From assembly GCA_035524965.1 (NCBI GenBank), contig DATLFH010000088.1:33433-97432 (forward strand): a stretch of 64,000 nt of DNA. The letters run 5' to 3'. Source of the DNA: Gemmatimonadota bacterium. GTDB taxonomy: Bacteria; Gemmatimonadota; Gemmatimonadetes; JACCXV01; JAHWKZ01. The position numbers and the translations under genes are program-made. Under the pieces are notes generated by a model, which worked only from the letters and a program-made list of their open reading frames with translations, did no database searches and was not told the origin of the DNA. How positions within the stretch are numbered: position 1 is the first letter of the stretch; each line of letters opens with the position of its first letter. Shown here one piece after another: positions 16,529-26,502 of this stretch.

Positions 16529-19048
16529 ATGACAAGCCGGCCGCTGCTCGCTTCGCTGCTCGCCGCCGTTCTCTGCCTCGCCCCGGATCGACCCGCGGTC
16601 GGCCAGGAAACCGCTCACGAAGCGGGGACGGTCCTGACCGGGACCGTCCGGGCGCTCGACTCGGGGGATCCGCTCGGCGGGGCCACGGTGCGCCTGCTCG
16701 AGCTGGGTCGGCAAACGACGACCGGCTCCGATGGGGGCTTCGAGTTCAGTGGGGTGCCAGAAGACTCCCTAACGGTCGAGATCACGGCGTTGGGACGGCT
16801 GGTCGAGCGTCGGTCGGTCCACCTGCGATCGGGAGAGCCGCGCTCGCTCGAGATCGCGCTGGCAGCCTCGGCGCTCGACGCGCCGAGAATCGACGTCGTG
16901 CTCGACCGGTTCCGGGTCGTCGGCGAGCCGGAGGCGCTAACCGGGATCCCCGGTTCGGCGCACGTCCTGGGTCCCGAGGAGCTCAACGCCCAGAAGCAGC
17001 TCTACGACGATATCCACACCATACTGCGGCAGGTTCCCGGGATCACGATCCAGGAGGAGGATGCGTTCGGCCTGCGCCCGAACATCGGGATCCGCGGCAC
17101 CGGTTCGGAGCGGAGCTCGAAGATCACGGTGATGGAGGACGGCGTGCTGATCGCCCCCGCCCCCTACTCCGCCCCGTCGGCGTATTACTTCCCGGTCGCC
17201 GGGCGGATGGAAGCGATCGAGATCCGAAAGGGGTCGAGCCAGATCAAGTACGGCCCTCACACGATCGGCGGGGCGCTGAACCTGATCTCGAGCCCGATCC
17301 CCGGTGACCTGACGGGAATCATCGAGCTCGAAGGGGGGCAGGACCGTACCGGCAAGGCCCACCTCGAGGTGGGGAACAGCTACGAGCACTTCGGATGGCT
17401 GGCGGAAACGTACCAGATCCGGACGGACGGCTTCAAGCGGCTGGACGGCGGTGGGGACACGGGGTTCGAGATCGGGGACTACCTGGTGAAGCTCAGGGTC
17501 AACGCGGACCCTGACGCCGAGCGGTACCACGAGCTGGAGCTCAAGCTGGGCCGCTATGATCAGACGTCCAACGAGACGTACCTGGGTCTCACGGAGGCCG
17601 ATTTCGCGAGCGACCCCTACCGCCGCTATCCCGCTTCGCAGCAGGACGTGATGGACGCCGAGCAGACCCAGGTCCAGCTGCGTCACTTCGCTCGCCCGGT
17701 GGACGGATTCGACATCACGACCGTCCTCTACCGCAACGACTTCGACCGCAACTGGTACAAGCTCGGTCGGGTGGGCGGCGAGGGGATCGAGGAACTCCTC
17801 GACGAGCCCGGGCGATTCGCGAACGAGCTGGCCGTGATCCGCGGCGCGACGAGCGCCCCCGACGCGCTCGAGGTAACCGCCGGCATCCGGTCGTACTACG
17901 GTGAGGGGGTGCAGTCGATCGCGGGCCTCGAATTCGCCGGCCCCGCCGGCCGCCACGAGATCGAGCTCGGCGGGCGCTACCACGCCGACGAGGAGGACCG
18001 TTTCCAGCACGCTGATCTGTACCAGATGGTCGACGGCAGGATGGTCCGGACGACCGCCGGCGCGCCGGGCAGCGGTTCCAACCAGGTGAGCGAGGCGCGC
18101 GCGTGGGCGTACTTCGCGCAGGACCGGGTGTCTTTCGGTCGCTGGACGGTGACGCCGGGCCTGCGCCTGGAGACGATCGACTTCACGCGGACCGACTACG
18201 GCGCCGATGATCCCGGGCGCAAGGCCCCGAGCCGTGTCCGGGAGAGCGACGTGACGGCCTGGATCCCGGGAATCGGAGCCACGTTCGCGGTGACTCCGAG
18301 TTGGAACCTGTTCGGCGGCGTCCACAAGGGGTTCGGACCGCCGGGACCGGGCGCCGAGGAGGAGACCGAGCCCGAGGAGAGCGTCAACTACGAGCTGGGC
18401 GCCCGTTACGACGGGAGCTCGATCGCCGCTCAGGTCGTGGGCTTCTACAACGACTACGAGAACATCCTGGGGAAGGCGACCCTGGCGAGCGGCGCTCCGA
18501 CCGGGGCCGGGGAGCTGTTCAACGGCGGGGCAGTGGACGTGACCGGTCTCGAGCTTTCGATCGACTTCGATCCCCTGGCCGGCTTGCGTTGGACCGGAGC
18601 TTCCGGGACGGCGGGCGCGTCGCGGGGATGGTCGCTACCCGTCCGATTGGCCTACACCTACACCGACGCCGAGTTCAGGACGAGCTTCGAGAGCGACTTC
18701 GAAGTCTGGGGCGCGGTCGAGGCCGGCGACGAGCTGCCCTATCTTCCGGAGCACCAGCTGCACGCCAGCCTGGGCCTGAAGCGCGAACCGTGGTCCCTCC
18801 GCCTGGAGGCCACCCACGTGGACGAGATGCGAACGGTCGCCGGCTCGGGTCCGGTCCCGGAAGGGGAGGGCACCGACCCGGTCACCGTCTGGGGGCTGAG
18901 CGGCCAGCTCGCGCTGAATCCGTGGAGCTCCGTGTTCGCCGGTGTCCAGAACCTGACCGAGGAAGCGTACGTGGTCGCACGGCACCCGGCCGGTGCCCGG
19001 CCGGGGCTCCCCCGGACGCTCCTGGCGGGGGTCCGCATCGCCCGCTGA
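16529..19048 (+). CDS. TonB-dependent receptor, FecA-like, with N-terminal carboxypeptidase-regulatory-like domain
   Basis: Signal peptide, plug LRQVPGI...GLRPNIGIRG, APYSAPSAYYFP, IEIRKG..QIKYGP..IGGALN; C-terminal GLPRTLLAGVRI. Confidence 0.93.
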   Translation: MTSRPLLASLLAAVLCLAPDRPAVGQETAHEAGTVLTGTVRALDSGDPLGGATVRLLELGRQTTTGSDGGFEFSGVPEDSLTVEITALGRLVERRSVHLRSGEPRSLEIALAASALDAPRIDVVLDRFRVVGEPEALTGIPGSAHVLGPEELNAQKQLYDDIHTILRQVPGITIQEEDAFGLRPNIGIRGTGSERSSKITVMEDGVLIAPAPYSAPSAYYFPVAGRMEAIEIRKGSSQIKYGPHTIGGALNLISSPIPGDLTGIIELEGGQDRTGKAHLEVGNSYEHFGWLAETYQIRTDGFKRLDGGGDTGFEIGDYLVKLRVNADPDAERYHELELKLGRYDQTSNETYLGLTEADFASDPYRRYPASQQDVMDAEQTQVQLRHFARPVDGFDITTVLYRNDFDRNWYKLGRVGGEGIEELLDEPGRFANELAVIRGATSAPDALEVTAGIRSYYGEGVQSIAGLEFAGPAGRHEIELGGRYHADEEDRFQHADLYQMVDGRMVRTTAGAPGSGSNQVSEARAWAYFAQDRVSFGRWTVTPGLRLETIDFTRTDYGADDPGRKAPSRVRESDVTAWIPGIGATFAVTPSWNLFGGVHKGFGPPGPGAEEETEPEESVNYELGARYDGSSIAAQVVGFYNDYENILGKATLASGAPTGAGELFNGGAVDVTGLELSIDFDPLAGLRWTGASGTAGASRGWSLPVRLAYTYTDAEFRTSFESDFEVWGAVEAGDELPYLPEHQLHASLGLKREPWSLRLEATHVDEMRTVAGSGPVPEGEGTDPVTVWGLSGQLALNPWSSVFAGVQNLTEEAYVVARHPAGARPGLPRTLLAGVRIAR

Positions 19049-19097
19049 CGGAACCGGGACGCTTGCGCGTCCCTCCCGGACCGTCAAGTTTAACTCC

Positions 19098-20228
19098 ATG
19101 GGTTGGCGTACCCGCTGCGGGAGCCCGGTCGCGCTCGCCGTCGGCGCCGTGATCGTCGCTTGCGCGACGGCCGAGCGGGCGCCGGCCGAGGACCCGGCCG
19201 TCGCGATCGCGGTCGACGAGGCGCGCGAAGAGCTGGCGGGGGTCGTCCTGACGCGCCGCCATTTCTCTCTTGGCAGCCAGGTGAGCGCGACGGTCGCCGC
19301 CCCGGACTCGGCGACAGCGGAGGCGGCGCTCACGGCCGCGTTCGCCGTCATGGACTCGGTCGAGACCCTCACGAGCCTCTACGTCCCTGCCAGCGAGATC
19401 AATGCGGTGAACGAGGCGGCCGGTCGCGAGCCCGTGGTCGTCAGCCCGTGGACCGAGACGATCCTCGCCGCCGTGCTCGAGTGGGCGGAGCGTTCGGAGG
19501 GCGCGTTCGATCCCACGGTCGGTCCGATGGTGGAGCTGTGGGGGTTCGGTCGCGCGACCGTCGAGGCTCCCAGCCCGGCTTCCCTGGCCGAGGTCCGGCG
19601 GCGGGTTGGCTGGCGGAAGGTGCGGCTCGACCCGGCGGCCCACACCGTCTTCCTGACTGAGCCGGGAATGGTGCTGGATCTGCGGGCCGCGACGAAGGGC
19701 TTCGCGCTCGACCGCGGTCGCGAGGCGATGCAGGCGGCAGGGGTGACAAGCGGCATCGCGGACATCGGAGGGGACATCATTTTCTTCGGACCCGGCACGG
19801 AAACGAGCTCGGATCTTTGGACGATATCGTTGCCCGATCCCTACGATCCCGGCAGCACCTATGCGCGGTTCGAGCTTCCGCCGGGGGCGGTCTCGACATC
19901 CGCGGCGCTCGATCGGGCGATCGTCATCGGCGGCGAGCGATACGGACACCTGATCGACCCGCGAACCGGATGGCCGGTGCAGGGCCTGGCCAGCGTCTCG
20001 GCCTACGCGCCGGACGCGATGACCAGCGACATGGCCGCCACCGCCCTGTACATACTGGGGCCGCGAGACGGGCCCCAGCTCATCGAGGAGTGGACGGGTG
20101 TGGAAGCGGTGTTCGTGACCGAGGCCGAGCCCCGGACCCGCAGCGTGGTCATCGTCACCACCGGAATCGAGCGATACCGGCGGGAGCTGGAGCCGCCGTA
20201 TCGCCCGATAGCCCCCGAAGACGAATAG
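19098..20228 (+). CDS. apbE: FAD:protein FMN transferase (ApbE family) lipoprotein
   Basis: ATG 19098, lipobox VA-C; SEINAVN, GAFDPTVG, LDL..ATKG, GGDI, HLIDPRTG motifs. Confidence 0.9.
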   Translation: MGWRTRCGSPVALAVGAVIVACATAERAPAEDPAVAIAVDEAREELAGVVLTRRHFSLGSQVSATVAAPDSATAEAALTAAFAVMDSVETLTSLYVPASEINAVNEAAGREPVVVSPWTETILAAVLEWAERSEGAFDPTVGPMVELWGFGRATVEAPSPASLAEVRRRVGWRKVRLDPAAHTVFLTEPGMVLDLRAATKGFALDRGREAMQAAGVTSGIADIGGDIIFFGPGTETSSDLWTISLPDPYDPGSTYARFELPPGAVSTSAALDRAIVIGGERYGHLIDPRTGWPVQGLASVSAYAPDAMTSDMAATALYILGPRDGPQLIEEWTGVEAVFVTEAEPRTRSVVIVTTGIERYRRELEPPYRPIAPEDE

Positions 20229-20241
20229 CGGCTGCTGTCGC

Positions 20242-21234
20242 GTGACCCTCAAGATCCTGTATCTCTCTCGCGCGGCGCGGGTCCCGGAGGCGCTCGAGCG
20301 CTTCCTCGAAGGCGAGCCGGGAAACGAAGCGACCCGGTTCGACAGTCCCGCGGATGTCGAACAGGCGCTGGACCGCGGGATCGTCGAGCTGCTGGTGCTG
20401 GACGCGGACCAGGACTTCGATGGGGCGGCGGGCCTCTGCGCGCGGCTCAAGGGCGATCCGTTCAACTCCGTCGTTCCCATCGTCTTCTACTCGCGAGAGC
20501 ACCGGGTCGAGGAGATCGCGCGCGCGTTCGAGAGCGGCGCCGATGAGTTCCTGAGCGGGACGCACTCCGGCCGCGAGCAGCTGCTGCGGCTGCGGATGGT
20601 TCTGAAGCGCGCCGAGCGCGACGTCTCGGTTCATCCCTCGACGATGCTTCCCGGCACTAAGATCATACAACATGACATCCAGCAGCGGATCGCGAGCGGC
20701 GAGCGGTTCGCGGTATGCTACGCCGACATCGACTCGTTCAAGGAGTTCAACGACAAATACTCCTACCCTCGCGGTGATCGCGTCATCCGCATTCTTTCGC
20801 TCATCCTCCGTGACACCGTGCGCCGCCTCTCGCGGCGCGGCTTCGTCGGGCACATCGGGGGAGACGACTTCATCTACACGCTTCCGTTCGAGGATCTGGA
20901 TCGCGTTTCCGAAGCGATCATCGAGACTTTCGACACGCTGCTGCCGTTGCAGTACTCCGCCGAGGATCAGGCGCGGGGCTCCTATCTGGCCGAGGACCGG
21001 CAGGGAAACCTGCGCGAGATCCCGCTCATGACGCTCTCGATCGGATGCGTCACCAATGTCCGCCGACGCTTCACCCACCCCGCCAAGGTGAGTGAGCTGG
21101 CGAGCGAGATGAAGGCCTACGCGAAGTCGTTCAAGGGATCGTTGTATGTCGTCGACCGCCGGCGCGATCACGTGCGCTCGAGGGTGGCGGCACGTCCGGA
21201 GGATTCGCCGTCGGGCGAGCCCGACACCCCGTGA
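20242..21234 (+). CDS. Receiver-like domain plus diguanylate cyclase (GGDDF)
   Basis: YADIDSFKEFNDKY, GDRVI, GHIGGDDF; degenerate REC N-terminus. Confidence 0.85.
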   Translation: MTLKILYLSRAARVPEALERFLEGEPGNEATRFDSPADVEQALDRGIVELLVLDADQDFDGAAGLCARLKGDPFNSVVPIVFYSREHRVEEIARAFESGADEFLSGTHSGREQLLRLRMVLKRAERDVSVHPSTMLPGTKIIQHDIQQRIASGERFAVCYADIDSFKEFNDKYSYPRGDRVIRILSLILRDTVRRLSRRGFVGHIGGDDFIYTLPFEDLDRVSEAIIETFDTLLPLQYSAEDQARGSYLAEDRQGNLREIPLMTLSIGCVTNVRRRFTHPAKVSELASEMKAYAKSFKGSLYVVDRRRDHVRSRVAARPEDSPSGEPDTP

Positions 21235-21253
21235 AGCGGTATCTTCCTCGATT

Positions 21254-22361
21254 ATGGCGGATGAACGCGAGACCCGGCGGCGGCTGGCGAACCTAGAGGA
21301 GCGGCTCGAGCTCCTCGGGAGCTATCTTTGACCTGCCCACCCGGCGCGATCGCATCGCCGCCCTCCAGAGCGCCTCGGCCGCACCCGGTTTCTGGGACGA
21401 CCAGGAGCGTGCACGGAGCGCGCTCGCCGAGCTGAAACAGCACGAAAACTGGGTTATGGCCCACGACGCGCTCGGGCGCGACCTCGGGGAGGCGCGGGAG
21501 ATGCTCGATCTTCTGGCCGGCGAGGAGGACGCCGCGCTGTGGGACGAGCTCGAGACCTTGGGGGGCCATCTCGAGGAGCGCCTCGAGCGTTTCGAGTTCC
21601 GCGGTATGCTCCAGGATCCGGACGACTACCGGGGCGCGATCGTAACCGTGCACTCCGGCGCCGGCGGTACGGAGAGCCAGGACTGGGCGCTCATGCTCCT
21701 CCGGATGTACAGCCGCTGGATGGAGGCCGCCGGCCACGCCTATCGCATCGTCGACCTGCAAGAAGGTGAGGAGGCCGGGATCACGCGCGCCACGATCGAG
21801 GTGGAGGGTGAGTACGCGTACGGATACATGAAGGCCGAGAAGGGAGTCCACCGACTGGTCCGCATCAGCCCGTTCGACGCCAATGCCCGACGCCACACCT
21901 CGTTTGCCGCGGTATTCGTCTATCCCGACATCGCCGACGAGATCACGATCGATCTCCAGGACCGGGACCTGCGCGTGGATACCTATCGGGCGAGCGGGGC
22001 GGGCGGGCAACACGTGAACAAGACGTCCTCGGCGGTACGGATCACCCATCTTCCGACCGGGATCGTGGTCCAGAGTCAGTCCGAGCGCAGCCAGCACCGG
22101 AACCGGGAGACCGCCATGCGCCTCCTCCGCGCCCGCCTCTATCAGTACCTGAAGGCCGAACGGGAGAAGTCCCGCGAGGAACTCGAGGCGGAGAAGAAGG
22201 AGATCGCGTTCGGCAGTCAGATCCGCTCCTACGTGCTGCATCCGTACACGCTGGTCAAAGATCACCGGACGGGCCACGAGACCTCGGACGTGGAAGCGGT
22301 TCTGGCCGGTGAGATCACGCCGTTCATGGAAGCGTACCTGAAGCAACCCGCCGGAGCGTAG
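21254..22361 (+). CDS. prfB: Peptide chain release factor 2 (+1 programmed frameshift)
   Basis: ATG 21254; frame 0 ends TAT CTT TGA C (21323-32); +1 frame continues DLPTRR...FWDD; SPF and GGQ motifs present. Confidence 0.98.
21317..21332 (+). other. prfB programmed +1 frameshift cassette
   Basis: Internal SD-like GGGAG, then CTT TGA C slippery/stop site. Confidence 0.95.
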
Positions 22362-23888
22362 CTGTCCAGCGACGACCTCCGGCGCGTCCCCGCGGCCTCG
22401 CCCGAGACCGACCCCCTTCTCTCCCGTAGGAGAAAGCTCGAGTCCCTGGAAGAGCGGGGCATCGATCCCTACCCGCCTTCGTACCCGGTGGCGGACACGG
22501 CGGCGTCCCTCAAGGAGGCGTTCGACGACGGCGGCCGGGCGGTGCGAGGCCGGATCGCCGGACGGGTCGTCTCCGTGCGGACCCACGGCCGCTCGACCTT
22601 CCTCCATCTGGCCGATCGCAGCGGCCGTATCCAGGTTTACCTGAAGCAGGACGAGCTCGGCGATGCGTACGAGCTCCTCGACGGGATCGACCTGGGGGAC
22701 ATTCTCGGTATCGAGGGGACCGTCTTCCGGACGCGGACCGGGGAGGTCACCCTGCGGGTGGAAGAGGTCAGCCTCCTCGCCAAGGCGCTCCGCCCGCTGC
22801 CGCTCGGCAAGGAGGTCATGGAGGAGGGGGAGTGGCGCGCCTATCATCGCTCCAACGATCCCGAGTTCCGCTACCGCCAGCGGTACGCCGACCTGGCAGT
22901 CCGGCCCGAGACCCGCGCGCTCTTCGCCGAGCGGACGCGGATCATCCGCTACCTGCGGGAGTTCCTCGACGAGCGCGGGTTTCTGGAGGTCGAGACGCCC
23001 GCGCTCCAGCCGGTATACGGCGGCGCCGCGGCGCGGCCCTTCGAGACCCGTCATCATGCGCTCGACATGCCGCTCTACCTGCGAATCGCCGACGAGCTGT
23101 ACCTGAAACGGTGCATCGTGGGCGGTCTCGACCGCGTCTACGAGATCGCCAAGGACTTCCGCAACGAGGGGATGGACCGGTTCCACAACCCGGAGTTCAC
23201 GATGCTGGAGTTCTACCAGGCGTACGCCGACTACCGTGACTTCCAGGCGCTCGCCGAGGAGATGCTGTCGGGGCTGGTACGCCGGCTCAAGGGCGAAATG
23301 GCGCTGACTTATCAGGGACGGACCGTGGATGTCGAGCCGCCCTGGCCGCGGCTCCGGTTTCTCGATGCGCTCGCGGATCGCGGGGTCGCGACGGACGACC
23401 TGTCGCGGGGCGCGCTCGCCTCCGAGGCGCGCGGTCGAGATCTCGACGTGGCGCCCCAGGACGGCCCGGGACGGCTCCTCGAGGCGTTGTTCGGCGCGCT
23501 GGTCGAACCGGATCTCGAGGGCCCGGTTTTCGTCGTGGATCATCCCGCGGAGCTATCCCCGCTCGCCAAGCGGCACCGCGGCGATGCCCGGCTCGCCGAG
23601 CGGTTCGAGGCGTATCTATTCGGGCGCGAGTGGGCGAACGCGTTCAGCGAGCTCAACGATCCGCGCGACCAGCGGGCGCGGTTCGAGGCGCAGGCCGCCC
23701 TCGCCGCGGCGGGCGATCTGGAGGCGCCGGTGACCGTCGACGAGGACTACCTGCGCGCGCTGGAGTATGGGATGCCTCCCACAGCCGGGATGGGGGTCGG
23801 CATCGATCGGCTGGTGATGTTCCTCACCGACCAGCCGGCGATCCGCGACGTCATCCTCTTCCCGATCCTGCGCCCCGAAGGGAGTTAG
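22362..23888 (+). CDS. lysS: Lysine--tRNA ligase (class II)
   Basis: OB-fold, YRQRY, FLEVETP, YLRIADELYLKR, FRNEG and GMGVGIDRL motifs. The conserved RRRKLESL..GIDPYP lies upstream of the ORF-track start 22488, so the start is placed at CTG 22362. Confidence 0.95.
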   Translation: MSSDDLRRVPAASPETDPLLSRRRKLESLEERGIDPYPPSYPVADTAASLKEAFDDGGRAVRGRIAGRVVSVRTHGRSTFLHLADRSGRIQVYLKQDELGDAYELLDGIDLGDILGIEGTVFRTRTGEVTLRVEEVSLLAKALRPLPLGKEVMEEGEWRAYHRSNDPEFRYRQRYADLAVRPETRALFAERTRIIRYLREFLDERGFLEVETPALQPVYGGAAARPFETRHHALDMPLYLRIADELYLKRCIVGGLDRVYEIAKDFRNEGMDRFHNPEFTMLEFYQAYADYRDFQALAEEMLSGLVRRLKGEMALTYQGRTVDVEPPWPRLRFLDALADRGVATDDLSRGALASEARGRDLDVAPQDGPGRLLEALFGALVEPDLEGPVFVVDHPAELSPLAKRHRGDARLAERFEAYLFGREWANAFSELNDPRDQRARFEAQAALAAAGDLEAPVTVDEDYLRALEYGMPPTAGMGVGIDRLVMFLTDQPAIRDVILFPILRPEGS

Positions 23889-23889
23889 C

Positions 23890-25128
23890 GTGAGCCTCGA
23901 GTGGCAGATCGGGATGCGTTATCTCGCCTCCAAGCGGCGGTCGGGTGTGATCTCGGTGATCGGGTTGATCGCGATCGGTGGCGTTTTCGTCGGAGTGGCG
24001 GCGCTGGTGATCGTGATGAGCGTGATGAGCGGCCTGCAGCGCGACTTGAGGGAGAAGATCCTGACGAACACGCCGCACCTCCTGATCCAGAAGTACAACG
24101 CGGAGCCGCTGGCGGACTATGCGGAGGTGCGTGACATCATTGGCTCGACCGAAGGGGTGATCGGGGCGGCGCCGTTCATCTACACCGAGGGGATCATCGG
24201 CCACGGTCGCGGTCGCAACGAGGGGGCGGTGATCCGCGGGGTGGAGCCGCGGCACGAGGACGAAGTCGCGGATACGAGGAATCAGGTCGTATCGGGGAGC
24301 TACGACCTCGAGCAGGCTCCGGACGAGGCCTACCCCAAGGTGGTAGTGGGCTATTTGCTCGCCGATCGGCTCGGAGCTTTTCCCGGCGACACTCTGACGC
24401 TGACGACCCCTGAAGCGGCGGCCGTCTCGCCGCTCCACGGCACCGTGCCCAGGCTTCAGAAGTTCATCCTCGCCGGCACCTTCAAGAGCGGCCTGTTCGA
24501 GTACGATTCGAAGTTCGTTTATGCGTCGATGATCGCGATGCAGGAGTATCTGCAGGCGGGGGACATCGCATACGGCATATCGGCGCGCGTGGACGACATC
24601 TGGGAGGCGCGCGCGATCGGCGACGAGGTCGTCCGGAGCCTCGAAGGGGCGTTCTACGCGACCACCTGGATCGAGCTCAATCAGCCCCTCTTCGCGGCGC
24701 TCAGCTTGGAGAAGAAAGCGATGTTCATTATATTGGTGCTTATCGTACTGGTGGCGGCTTTCAACATCATCAGTACGCTGACGATGATCGTGATGGACAA
24801 GACCAAGGAGATCGGAATTCTCCGCTCCATGGGCATGCAGGGCCGTGCGATCCGTCGGATCTTCGTCTACCAGGGAATCCTGATCGGCGTGGTCGGCACG
24901 GGGTTGGGGACGCTGGCCGGGCTGATCGCCGTGTTCCTTCTGGGGCGCTACCGCTTCATTTCGCTGCCCGGGGACGTGTACTTCATCGACGTCCTGCCCG
25001 TTGCAGTGGAGCCGCTGAACGTCTCGTTGATCATCGCCGCGAGCCTCGGCATCTGCCTCGCGGCCACTCTGTATCCCGCGATGCAAGCGGCGCGAATGAC
25101 GCCGGTGGATGCCATCCGGTATGAGTAG
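23890..25128 (+). CDS. Lipoprotein-releasing ABC transporter permease LolC/E
   Basis: VMSVMSG, EKKAMFIIL, FNIISTL, EIGILRSMG and YPAMQAA motifs. Confidence 0.93.
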   Translation: MSLEWQIGMRYLASKRRSGVISVIGLIAIGGVFVGVAALVIVMSVMSGLQRDLREKILTNTPHLLIQKYNAEPLADYAEVRDIIGSTEGVIGAAPFIYTEGIIGHGRGRNEGAVIRGVEPRHEDEVADTRNQVVSGSYDLEQAPDEAYPKVVVGYLLADRLGAFPGDTLTLTTPEAAAVSPLHGTVPRLQKFILAGTFKSGLFEYDSKFVYASMIAMQEYLQAGDIAYGISARVDDIWEARAIGDEVVRSLEGAFYATTWIELNQPLFAALSLEKKAMFIILVLIVLVAAFNIISTLTMIVMDKTKEIGILRSMGMQGRAIRRIFVYQGILIGVVGTGLGTLAGLIAVFLLGRYRFISLPGDVYFIDVLPVAVEPLNVSLIIAASLGICLAATLYPAMQAARMTPVDAIRYE

Positions 25129-25870
25129 GGCCGGGTGGGACCGGCCGGCCGGCCCGGTGCTCATGGCGCACCGCTTGCATAAGGAGTACGGCGGGGGAGG
25201 CGGGCCGCTCAAGGTCCTCAAGGGGGTAGACCTCGAAGTCCTCCCCGGCGAGACGGTGGGGATCGTCGGGCGCTCCGGCTCGGGCAAGAGCACGCTGCTT
25301 CACTTGCTGGGCGGCCTCGATCGACCCAACCAGGGGCAGGTCGTGCTAGGGGATTGGCACCTGAATCGGCTCTCTGACATCGAGCTCTCGCGCGTGCGCA
25401 GCCGGCTGCTGGGGTTCGTGTTCCAGTTTCACCATCTGCTGCTGGAGTTTTCCGCGCTCGAGAACGTGGCGCTGCCTCTCCGCATTCAGGGAGCGGAGCG
25501 TGGGGAGGCGGAGGAGCGCGCGCGGCGCATGCTGGTGGAGGTCGGGCTGGCGGAGCGGCTTACGCACCGGCCGAACGCGCTCTCCGGCGGCGAGCAGCAG
25601 CGGGTCGCTTTCGCCAGGGCGCTGGTCCACGAGCCGATCCTCATCCTGGCGGACGAGCCTTCAGGCAACCTGGATCGCGCGAACAGCGAGCACCTCCATG
25701 ACCTGATGTTCGTCCTCGCCAGGGAGAAGCGAGTGGCGTTCGTGGTCGCCACCCACGACGAGCGGCTGGCCGAGCGGACGGACCGCCTTCTGCAGATCGA
25801 AGACGGGCTCCTGGCGCCCGTCATCGAGGATCTCGCGGCCGGGGTTCGCGCGCCGCGGGGCGTGGATTGA
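25121..25870 (+). CDS. lolD: Lipoprotein-releasing ABC transporter ATP-binding protein LolD
   Basis: GRSGSGKST, FVFQFHHLL, LSGGEQQRVA and DEPSGNLD motifs; ATG 25121. Confidence 0.92.
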   Translation: MSRAGWDRPAGPVLMAHRLHKEYGGGGGPLKVLKGVDLEVLPGETVGIVGRSGSGKSTLLHLLGGLDRPNQGQVVLGDWHLNRLSDIELSRVRSRLLGFVFQFHHLLLEFSALENVALPLRIQGAERGEAEERARRMLVEVGLAERLTHRPNALSGGEQQRVAFARALVHEPILILADEPSGNLDRANSEHLHDLMFVLAREKRVAFVVATHDERLAERTDRLLQIEDGLLAPVIEDLAAGVRAPRGVD

Positions 25871-25959
25871 ACGGCCCGCGGCGGGGGTACGTTTACTCGG
25901 TGCCCGTGTGCGATTAGCATTGAGGCGGCGAGGAAATCCCAACTGACCAGGATTGACGT

Positions 25960-26502
25960 ATGCTGTGTGCGGACTGCCAGAAGAATAAAGCTATCGTCCA
26001 TTTCACCCAGATCGTCAACGACGAGACGGAAACGTTCCACCTGTGCCAGAGCTGCGCGCAGGCGCGCGGTCTGAAGACGACGCCGAGCACGTCACAGGTG
26101 CCGCTTTCCGACTTCCTGTACGAGTTGGGCGCCCCGATCTTCACGAAGGCGACGAGCGCCAACCTGTCATGCCCGCGGTGCGGCTGTACGTTCCGCCAGT
26201 TTCGGAAGACGGGACGACTGGGCTGCGCGGAGTGCTACACGACCTTCGAGCAGGAGATGAGCGCGCTTCTCAGGAAGATCCATGGTTCGAACGAGCACGT
26301 GGGGATCCTGGAATCCGAAGGCATCGAGCCCCAGGACGATCGTCAGGCGCAGATGGCCGACCTCCGGCGCCGCCTCCGGCAAGCGGTCGATAGCGAGGAG
26401 TACGAACGGGCGGCCGAGCTGCGCGACCAGATCGTCGAAATCGAGGAGGAGCGTCGTGCTGTCGGGCAGGCGGCTCCCCGGAGCAGCCGTGGAGAGACGT
26501 GA
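25960..26502 (+). CDS. mcsA: McsA (four CXXC motifs plus UVR domain)
   Basis: CADC, CQSC, CPRC, CAEC; C-terminal EEYERAAELRDQI. Confidence 0.95.
   Translation: MLCADCQKNKAIVHFTQIVNDETETFHLCQSCAQARGLKTTPSTSQVPLSDFLYELGAPIFTKATSANLSCPRCGCTFRQFRKTGRLGCAECYTTFEQEMSALLRKIHGSNEHVGILESEGIEPQDDRQAQMADLRRRLRQAVDSEEYERAAELRDQIVEIEEERRAVGQAAPRSSRGET

Noticed and set aside
25913-25940. TTAGCATTG resembling a CIRCE left arm upstream of mcsA
   Set aside because: No matching right arm after 9 bp.
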